Shown here piece by piece: positions 17,495 through 24,244 of a stretch of 32,000 nt of DNA. The stretch covers positions 47,220 through 79,219 of the forward strand of contig LOEW01000166.1 of assembly GCA_001516045.1 (NCBI GenBank). The letters are read 5' to 3'. A program made the position numbers and the translations under genes. How positions within the stretch are numbered: the first letter of the stretch is position 1; each line of letters opens with the position of its first letter. This DNA comes from Desulfosporosinus sp. BRH_c37 (GTDB taxonomy: Bacteria; Bacillota; Desulfitobacteriia; Desulfitobacteriales; Desulfitobacteriaceae). The notes under the pieces were generated by a model. That model searched no databases. It was given only the letters and a program-made list of their open reading frames with translations, and was not told the origin of the DNA.

Positions 17495-17566
17495 CTTTAT
17501 CTACCTCTTTAGAAGCCCCATAAATATTTTTTTGATGGCTAACTCTTCACAGCCCCTATATTTCTC

Positions 17567-17603
17567 TGACATCCTCCTACCCCTTCAGGGGTGGAGGATG
17601 TCA
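17567..17603. repeat. Imperfect inverted repeat (hairpin) in the ubiX-fni spacer, with no U-tract
   Basis: TGACATCCTCCTACCCC / TTCA / GGGGTGGAGGATGTCA, with one bulged base. There is no T-run on either strand, so it is not a canonical terminator. Confidence 0.5.
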
Positions 17604-17615
17604 GTAATATTTCAC

Positions 17616-18179
17616 TTATTCACACCATCTTTTAACTAGGGAATTTTCTATTCCTAATTGGTCAAATATTCTCCCGACAATTTGCTTCATAGTATCCTCG
17701 ATTGTCTTCGGGTGCTGGTAAAAGGATGGAATCGGAGGCATGATTATTACTCCGAGCCTTGCTAGTTTAAGCATATTTTCCAGGTGGATAGGGCTTAATG
17801 GAGTTTCACGCACCAACAGGATCAGCTTACGTCTTTCCTTAATGGTTACATCGGCAGCACGGTTAATCAAATTATCTGCATATCCATTGGCTATCGCGGA
17901 AAGAGTTTTCATACTACAGGGAGCTATCACCATTCCCTGATGCAAAAAGGAACCACTTGCCGGAGGCGCGGCGATATCACCATAAGGAAACTGGTAGCTG
18001 GCCATTTTTCCGATATCATCAAGTGAATAATCCGTTTCCAACTCAATTGTTTTTTTCGCCGATTCACTTATAATTAGTTGTGTTTCTATCTTGGCATTAT
18101 TAAGTTCTTCAAGAAGTTTGATACCGTATATTGCTCCGGTGGCACCTGATATTGCCACAACCATTTTATTCAAAACCAA
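17616..18179 (-). CDS. ubiX: UbiX-family flavin prenyltransferase (prFMN synthase)
   Basis: 187-aa ORF with VVAISGATGAIYGIKLLEEL and APCSMKTLSAIANG. The listed TTG at 18179 directly abuts the SD (AAGGGGGA). TTG at 18171-18173 or ATG at 18162-18164 is a more likely start. Confidence 0.85.
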   Translation of the reverse strand: MVLNKMVVAISGATGAIYGIKLLEELNNAKIETQLIISESAKKTIELETDYSLDDIGKMASYQFPYGDIAAPPASGSFLHQGMVIAPCSMKTLSAIANGYADNLINRAADVTIKERRKLILLVRETPLSPIHLENMLKLARLGVIIMPPIPSFYQHPKTIEDTMKQIVGRIFDQLGIENSLVKRWCE

Positions 18180-18270
18180 TCCCCCTTTTTCATCTTAAAG
18201 GCCTGTTCATTAAATTAAAAGGAATAAGTTAAATTAAATCAGCCCACGATAAAAAGCACTTGTTCCTTGA

Positions 18271-18329
18271 ATATAAAATGAGGTTTCACCTTGCTTGTAT
18301 AATTTTTTAGCTATTAGGTGAAACCTCAT
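18271..18329 (-). terminator. Terminator or attenuator between decarboxylase subunit D and ubiX
   Basis: 14-bp perfect stem ATGAGGTTTCACCT (18278-18291) / AGGTGAAACCTCAT (18316-18329) with a 24-nt loop. On the minus strand it is followed by TTTATAT. Confidence 0.6.
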
Positions 18330-18353
18330 CATTTTTCTAATAAAAAACTTACT

Positions 18354-18581
18354 TTATTTCTTTAAAGGAGGAACCGGAACCAGAACCAGCAAATCGTCTA
18401 TATTCACACCGTCGAGCTGGAAATATGGATCGCGTTTTTCTGGATTTATAACATGTTCCTCTTCTGTGCTACGCCAAGTAAAGCTACAACGGCTGCAACC
18501 ATACATTTCCCAGGCACCACTTCCGTCAGGAGCGTTAGCCACTTTTGTTGCAGTATCTTCTAAACAACGAACACACTTCAT
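18354..18581 (-). CDS. Non-oxidative hydroxyarylic acid decarboxylase small subunit D (VdcD/BsdD-like)
   Basis: 75-aa ORF with GAGGAGG SD. The zinc-ribbon pattern CVRC...GCSRCSFTWRSTEEE matches the VdcD/BsdD family. Confidence 0.75.
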   Translation of the reverse strand: MKCVRCLEDTATKVANAPDGSGAWEMYGCSRCSFTWRSTEEEHVINPEKRDPYFQLDGVNIDDLLVLVPVPPLKK

Positions 18582-18611
18582 GATTTTACCTCCTCTTGCT
18601 TTTTGAAATTC

Positions 18612-20033
18612 TTAGCGGCCAATAGCCTTTTGGAGATCAGCGATAACTTTTTCATAGGCTTCTGATCCCTTAATCTTATCAACCATTCTTATTTCCCGCA
18701 GAACTGAATCCGGCGGAGTTGGGCTAGTAGCGTCTATAATCAGTTTATTACCCATACCAGGCGGATCCGAGGAAGGATCAAGGGGCATTCCGGGTGTGTT
18801 TGGAATCACGATAACATCTTTATCGGCACGAACCCTAGTAGATATTGCCCACATGACCTCCGTGAGGTTAAACGGATCAACGTCTGCATCAACCAAAATA
18901 ATGTTTTTGCAATAGGAAATGCCGTGCGGTGTAGAAGCTAAACGGAAAGCAACGGATTTTGCATAGCCACCGAAACGGTTAGCGGTGGCAATAATGGCGG
19001 TTAAACCGTGCTGGTATATAGCATTGACTGCCTGTACCTCCGGCATTTGTTCCTTTAACTGTTGGTACAGCGGAACACAAGTATTCAAAGCCAGAAGGTA
19101 ATCTATTTCAGTCCAAGGCCTACCGATGTAGAGGTTCTCAAAGATGGGATCTTTACGGTGGGTTATGGTCTTGACTTTTATTCGCACCTGTCGGCGAACT
19201 CCAGAGTAACTACCAGGGAATTCACCAAACGGTCCTTCCGCGTACCGCTGCCGAGGGATAATTTCTCCTTCGATCACATACTCGGCGTTGGCTGGTATAT
19301 TAAGGTTACTTGTCATTGCTTTAGTGAGTTCCTGCGGTATGCCGTTCAATGCTGCGGCAAATTTGTATTCAGACTGGTCATAAAAGATAGGTGTACTGGC
19401 CATAAATGTCAGTACAGGATCGACGCCTAGGGCAATAGCTACTGGCAATGGCTTATTCTCTGCTTCCGCCTTGGCTAGCTGCTTGGAAATATCATGGAAA
19501 GCTAAAGCCTGCATGCCAATGATATCTTTGCCCTGCACCTGTAATCTGTACGTACCGACGTTTTCTTTATCGGGGTTATCCGGGTCGTCAGGATCTTGAG
19601 AAACAATCGATGCCTTAGAGAAGAAACAACCGCCGTCATATTCGTTAATCCGGAATATAGGAAGCATCTCAAAAAGGTTGATGTTTTCTGTAACCACAAC
19701 CTCCTGGCAGGGTGCTTTGTCTACAAAACGAACTTCCCCAGGGTACTTTTTCCATTTATCCAAGAGTTCAAAAAATTGTGCTTTGGGAATTGCATTTTTA
19801 TCCATACCAAGCATTAAGGCATGATTTGCCCATGAACCGTGAACATTCATCACCACACGCATACCCTTGTAACCTTTAATATTATCCATCATGACTGCCG
19901 GACCATTTGGTATATCTCCGGCTGCGCGGGAAATAGATCGAATATCTGGCTCCGGCAAAATTTCATCATGTATATGAACCAGTTGGCCTTCTTCTTCTAA
20001 TTTGGTCAAAAATTCACGCAAATCACGATACAC
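18612..20033 (-). CDS. UbiD-family (prFMN-dependent) decarboxylase/carboxylase, subunit C type
   Basis: 473-aa ORF. GTG start with GGGGGGA 5 nt upstream. N-terminal YRDLREFLTKLEEEGQLV and overall UbiD/VdcC-like sequence. Confidence 0.85.
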   Translation of the reverse strand: MYRDLREFLTKLEEEGQLVHIHDEILPEPDIRSISRAAGDIPNGPAVMMDNIKGYKGMRVVMNVHGSWANHALMLGMDKNAIPKAQFFELLDKWKKYPGEVRFVDKAPCQEVVVTENINLFEMLPIFRINEYDGGCFFSKASIVSQDPDDPDNPDKENVGTYRLQVQGKDIIGMQALAFHDISKQLAKAEAENKPLPVAIALGVDPVLTFMASTPIFYDQSEYKFAAALNGIPQELTKAMTSNLNIPANAEYVIEGEIIPRQRYAEGPFGEFPGSYSGVRRQVRIKVKTITHRKDPIFENLYIGRPWTEIDYLLALNTCVPLYQQLKEQMPEVQAVNAIYQHGLTAIIATANRFGGYAKSVAFRLASTPHGISYCKNIILVDADVDPFNLTEVMWAISTRVRADKDVIVIPNTPGMPLDPSSDPPGMGNKLIIDATSPTPPDSVLREIRMVDKIKGSEAYEKVIADLQKAIGR

Positions 20034-20105
20034 ATAAATCCCCCCAATTTAACTATTTTTTTCTATCTGATGGGTCTTAATAATGGTAAAGTCGGTAGTG
20101 GGAAA

Positions 20106-20291
20106 TTAGGAACCTAGTACATCTTTAACATCGTTAATGCCAAGTTCCAACATTTTTATCATTGCGGACATTCTAATAATATTCATTTCGATAAATTTGA
20201 AATTGCCACCCAATGTTTTTAATTTATCCACTTCATTTTTAATGTTTTGCACAGTATTTGACAATTCACGCAGGTTGCTCTGTTCTACCAA
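20106..20291 (-). CDS. Hypothetical 61-aa protein between the CoA ligase and the UbiD-type subunit
   Basis: TTG start at 20289-20291 preceded by AAGGTGGTG. It is tightly packed between neighbours (16 nt after the ligase stop). No motif recognised; the sequence looks helical. Confidence 0.45.
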   Translation of the reverse strand: MVEQSNLRELSNTVQNIKNEVDKLKTLGGNFKFIEMNIIRMSAMIKMLELGINDVKDVLGS

Positions 20292-20307
20292 ATCATATCA
20301 CCACCTT

Positions 20308-21654
20308 TTAATGTTCGTTTCTAAGATCCTTGAAGCGCTTGGCTTTTACTTGATATCTAGGCAAAGACTCATACGGACAACTTTCATAAACATAGTTTAG
20401 GTTGGTCTTCAGTCTCAACACTCGGGCTAATTGCGTTTCTACTTCTTTTTCTTGACCCTCGTAACCAGTCGCCAATTCATATCTTAAGGTAATCTTATCG
20501 ATATCTTTTTCTCTTGAGACAATTAATTCAAACTCGTTACCTAGTTGAGACATGCTACGCACAACTTCTTCTACCGAAACGGGGCTAAAGAGCACGCCTT
20601 TAACTTTGGTGATATGGTCTATACGGCCCTGGATTCCACCTTTCAATACGCGGAATGTCCGACCACACTCACATTTTTCTCCCCACATGGCTACGTCTTT
20701 ACTGTCGAAGCGGACGCACGGCTGCGCCTGTCGGTCGAAAGATGTTATGACAACCTTGCCAAGCTTGCCTGGCTCTTCGATTGTCTCCCCGGTTTCAAGA
20801 TCCAGAAGTTCTACCAGGAACATTGCTTCGTTAACATGTATACCACCTGGTTTAGATGAACACTCAAATCCCCAGCCGCCAATCTCGGTCGCGCCGATAT
20901 GGTCATAGACATCACAGCCCCAGGCTTGCTCCATCCTTTTTTTGGTACTGGGAACACTTGCTCCGGGTTCTCCTGCGCACAGTATTCTCTTAATACCCAA
21001 TTCCTTAGGATCTATGTCCAACTTTTTGCAAGAATCCGCCATGCCAAGAACATACGTAGGAGTGGCCATAAAAGCGGTTGCCTTTAGCTCCTTCATTTTC
21101 AGAATTCTTTCTTCGGTGTTAAGCATGGCCCCCGAGACAACCTCACAGCCGATTTTCTCAGCGGCATAGTGCCCTGCCCAGTAGGCAACGAATACGTTAT
21201 AACCAAATGGAATAAAAACTCTGTCGGTATTTCTGAAACCCTGTGCCCATAGGATGTATGACCAACACTCAGTCCACCACTCCCAATCCTGCCAGGTGTC
21301 AGGCTGAAAAACTGGCTGTCCGGTTGTGCCACTGGTCTGGTGGTATATGGTAACATCTTTGGGCGGTACACACAGGGAATCACCATAAGGCCACGGTTCC
21401 TTATACTGTGCTTCGCGATAGTGCTCTTTTTCCAATAAAGGTACTTTTCTTACATCGTCCCATGTTTTGATATCTTCGGGCTTTAACCCTGCTGCATCAT
21501 ATAGTCCCCGGTAAAGTTTGGATTTGTCATAGCACCACTTAAATATTCTCTTGAACTTCATGAGCTGCAGGTCCTTTAGTTTTTCCACCGGTATAGTTTC
21601 CAAGAATGGGTTCCAGTAATTGTCTACACTCTGCGCTATAATTGCCACCCCCAA
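20308..21654 (-). CDS. Phenylacetate-CoA ligase family aryl-acid CoA ligase
   Basis: 448-aa ORF with YHQTSGTTGQPV and NYWNPFLETIPVEKLKDLQL (PaaK-like N-terminus). The start is uncertain: TTG at 21654 or GTG at 21648. Confidence 0.8.
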   Translation of the reverse strand: MGVAIIAQSVDNYWNPFLETIPVEKLKDLQLMKFKRIFKWCYDKSKLYRGLYDAAGLKPEDIKTWDDVRKVPLLEKEHYREAQYKEPWPYGDSLCVPPKDVTIYHQTSGTTGQPVFQPDTWQDWEWWTECWSYILWAQGFRNTDRVFIPFGYNVFVAYWAGHYAAEKIGCEVVSGAMLNTEERILKMKELKATAFMATPTYVLGMADSCKKLDIDPKELGIKRILCAGEPGASVPSTKKRMEQAWGCDVYDHIGATEIGGWGFECSSKPGGIHVNEAMFLVELLDLETGETIEEPGKLGKVVITSFDRQAQPCVRFDSKDVAMWGEKCECGRTFRVLKGGIQGRIDHITKVKGVLFSPVSVEEVVRSMSQLGNEFELIVSREKDIDKITLRYELATGYEGQEKEVETQLARVLRLKTNLNYVYESCPYESLPRYQVKAKRFKDLRNEH

Positions 21655-21775
21655 TTTTTTTAAACAATTGCAAGTCTGTTTATTAAAAAACCTACTTAAT
21701 TGCTTACCTGGAAAGAGCTTAGCATATAGTAAGAATCGATTCTATACTCTATCAAGTCAGAAAATTCACAAAAAT

Positions 21776-21793
21776 ACTGTTACACTTAACAGT
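21776..21793. promoter_or_regulatory. Palindrome ACTGTTA-N4-TAACAGT upstream of the ligase operon; candidate operator
   Basis: 7-bp perfect arms, about 120-140 nt upstream of the ligase start and downstream of the regulator gene. Confidence 0.3.
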
Positions 21794-21847
21794 TATATAT
21801 TTTCATTTTCCTAAATTTTTGTACTAAGTGTAGGAGATATGACACAC

Positions 21848-21887
21848 AAAAAAACCGAGGATTAGGTAAGCCTAATCTCGGTTTTTT
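21848..21887. terminator. Bidirectional terminator downstream of the regulator gene
   Basis: A7 run, CCGAGGATTAGG / TAAG / CCTAATCTCGG (one bulge), then T6 run. Confidence 0.7.
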
Positions 21888-22041
21888 ATGTACGCTCTGC
21901 ATAGGATTCAGGTCCAGATTGAAAGTTAAAGTAGTCCATGGTATGTACCGTAAACTGTAAAATAACCTTATCCAAAGCTTGTTAGCAGGGGCTGGCAGGT
22001 GACTTATATTTGATCTATTAATCATGTGCTATTTGATTAAG

Positions 22042-23991
22042 TTACGTTGCTTTTGTAATACACCATATTTTTAAAGCCAACTGTAAATTGAATCTTTTAT
22101 TCGGATCTTTCAAAGTAAAGTCGCTAACTTCACAAATCTTCCCAAGGCGATATTTAAAGCCACTCGGCGTGATAGACGCAGCCCGGGCAGCCTTCTTAAT
22201 ATTCTCGTCATATGTAAAAAAATAGTTAAGGGTTTCAACCAGTTGAGTTTGGTGCTTGATATCATATTCCAGTATTTTACCAAGCTGGTCATGCATAAAG
22301 GAAAGCAGGTCTTTCTGGTTGGCAGCATGGAAAAGCAGGCCATAGGTACCCAGGCTGTCAAAGGAAATCACTGTATTTTTTTGGTTTAACCCTTTTATTA
22401 CTATTAATGATTGCTGAGCTTCCTGGTAGGACAAGGAAAAGCCTTTGGGGGAGTGGTAAGTTCGGCCTATGCCAATCGAAACTGAAATTTTCGGGAATTG
22501 TCGATTAATCCGCTCTTGGATACTTTTTGCAAGATCGATAACTTCGGAAGAGGTTGTATTTGCGTCTAACGAGGTGAGTACGATAATATTGTTGCTTTTA
22601 GCTGTGACCATATTATTCCTATTACAGCCATTAAGCAACTTGCTAACTGTTTCGCAAAGTTGACCCTTGAATCCTAGAAGCTTTTTTTCGTCCTGCCCGT
22701 ACTGGTCTATTATATGTGTAAAGTTTTCTAAATCGATGATCAGGACCCTGTGTGGCTGGCTGATATTATAACCAAGGTAACTCGCCCTTTCAATAATAGA
22801 ATTATCTGAGTCAAAGTTACCCGAGACTAAATCGTCAACAAAGTTACCTTTAAGACGGTTTTCTACTTCTACTACAGTTCTAGTCTGCATTATCTTTAGG
22901 GCGAAAATCAAGGCCGCGCGCTCAAGGATCATCTGATTTAGCTCAGTGAACTCCTCTGAAATTTTGAAAGTACTAACATAGCCCAAAATATCCTGGCCGA
23001 TTACGATCGGGGAGATAAGCCTAGAAAACGGTTTATTGGACGATTTTGCTGGTAGTAAGACCTGTCTTTTTTCCTGGGTTAGCGTGGTGGACAGGTGGCG
23101 GTGGTGCCAATTGCTAAAAATATCCTTGGCTGAACAAGAGTTTTGAGTCGGGAAGTTCTTTTTAATTGACATTGGGGCCGAAAAAAAAGCAAGCGGTCGG
23201 AAAAGCGAGTCTTCCACAATTACCGTACCACCAATGATCCGACCTACGGTGTCAGCAATGGCTGAAATATCCTCACCGTTTAAAACCATTCTGGTTAGCT
23301 GTTCGTGGATGTGCAGTGATTGTTTTAATATTTCATTTTGTTCAGGGATCTTGGCGTGCGCCAGCTCTAATGCTTCATTCAGATTTTCTTCCTGGTAGTA
23401 GTGCAGGTCAGGAAGAATTTCTTTGCCCCACGCGCCCAATGTCTTACCTATATAGGTACAGTGGGGGTCACCCTTAGCAACGCAAGACACTTCCTTGATA
23501 ATTACTCGTTCACCCAAAAAGGCCGACATGATACCACTGGCGTATCCCTCTAGCGTCCAGCAAACCGGTTCTGATGCGAGATCGAAATGCTTTATGTGAT
23601 ACTCGGCTTCATAAGAATCATCCCAAATGCCTTCGCAATGCCAATTGCGTTCGTCTTCATTGGAGTGTATTTCAACAGGGGTGACGCGGGCCATACCCAC
23701 AAAGGTATGAAAAAGTACGCCCAAATTGTAGCTATCATTTTTACTGTTCAGGGAGAAATCTTGCATGATGCTTACAGCATCGCTGTAACCGCTGGTAAAT
23801 CCATAGCGAATTAATAGACCCTTTGCTTTTTCTGTACCCAGTGTACAAATAAGTTCCTTGCGTAGAGCCCCGATTGCGTCAACATTATTAATTATTACGC
23901 GCATGTTCTTTAGGTAGTTCTTTCCTGCTTTGGACTGCAGGCTAAGCATTTTTTCCAGATGAACGTTCTGAATCTTAATCACCCCACCCAT
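22042..23991 (-). CDS. Hybrid transcriptional regulator: XylR-N/V4R aromatic-effector domain plus PucR-type GGDEF-like and C-terminal HTH domains
   Basis: 649-aa ORF. AIGALRKELICTLGTEKAKGLLIRYGFTSGYSDA and WHCEGIWDDSYEAEYH...PVCWTLEGYASG...GDPHCTY match the DmpR/XylR A domain. The C-terminal LVETLNYFFTYDENIKKAARAASITPSGFKYRLGKI matches a PucR-like HTH. Confidence 0.8.
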   Translation of the reverse strand: MGGVIKIQNVHLEKMLSLQSKAGKNYLKNMRVIINNVDAIGALRKELICTLGTEKAKGLLIRYGFTSGYSDAVSIMQDFSLNSKNDSYNLGVLFHTFVGMARVTPVEIHSNEDERNWHCEGIWDDSYEAEYHIKHFDLASEPVCWTLEGYASGIMSAFLGERVIIKEVSCVAKGDPHCTYIGKTLGAWGKEILPDLHYYQEENLNEALELAHAKIPEQNEILKQSLHIHEQLTRMVLNGEDISAIADTVGRIIGGTVIVEDSLFRPLAFFSAPMSIKKNFPTQNSCSAKDIFSNWHHRHLSTTLTQEKRQVLLPAKSSNKPFSRLISPIVIGQDILGYVSTFKISEEFTELNQMILERAALIFALKIMQTRTVVEVENRLKGNFVDDLVSGNFDSDNSIIERASYLGYNISQPHRVLIIDLENFTHIIDQYGQDEKKLLGFKGQLCETVSKLLNGCNRNNMVTAKSNNIIVLTSLDANTTSSEVIDLAKSIQERINRQFPKISVSIGIGRTYHSPKGFSLSYQEAQQSLIVIKGLNQKNTVISFDSLGTYGLLFHAANQKDLLSFMHDQLGKILEYDIKHQTQLVETLNYFFTYDENIKKAARAASITPSGFKYRLGKICEVSDFTLKDPNKRFNLQLALKIWCITKAT

Positions 23992-24244
23992 GTGCTACTA
24001 GCATTAGTTTAGTAATAAATATATAACATTTTTCCAATTTATTCACAATATTCTAATTTGACAAAACTATTGGAATTCCTCCTTATGATCTATAAAAGAT
24101 TTACAGTTAATCTTTTTTTGCGGTATTGTTATCTTATGCGCTGATTTTCATTTGTCCAGCCTAGGCTCCAACTGACAGTTACGTCAGTACAATGGAACAA
24201 CGTGGGTAACCTTTTGAAAAGGCCAGTCAGGGTGCGCAAAAAAA

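Noticed and set aside
1128-20908. Numerous antisense ORFs inside long genes (e.g. 1128-1361, 2598-2942, 6303-6701, 9932-10240, 12124-13030, 19062-19430, 20545-20908, 21099-21386)
   Set aside because: All are fully embedded antisense or out of frame in well-supported CDSs. They have low-complexity or stop-poor composition and no SD.
21786-22025. 79-aa minus-strand ORF between the regulator and the ligase
   Set aside because: It spans the bidirectional terminator and the promoter region. It has no SD and a low-complexity sequence.
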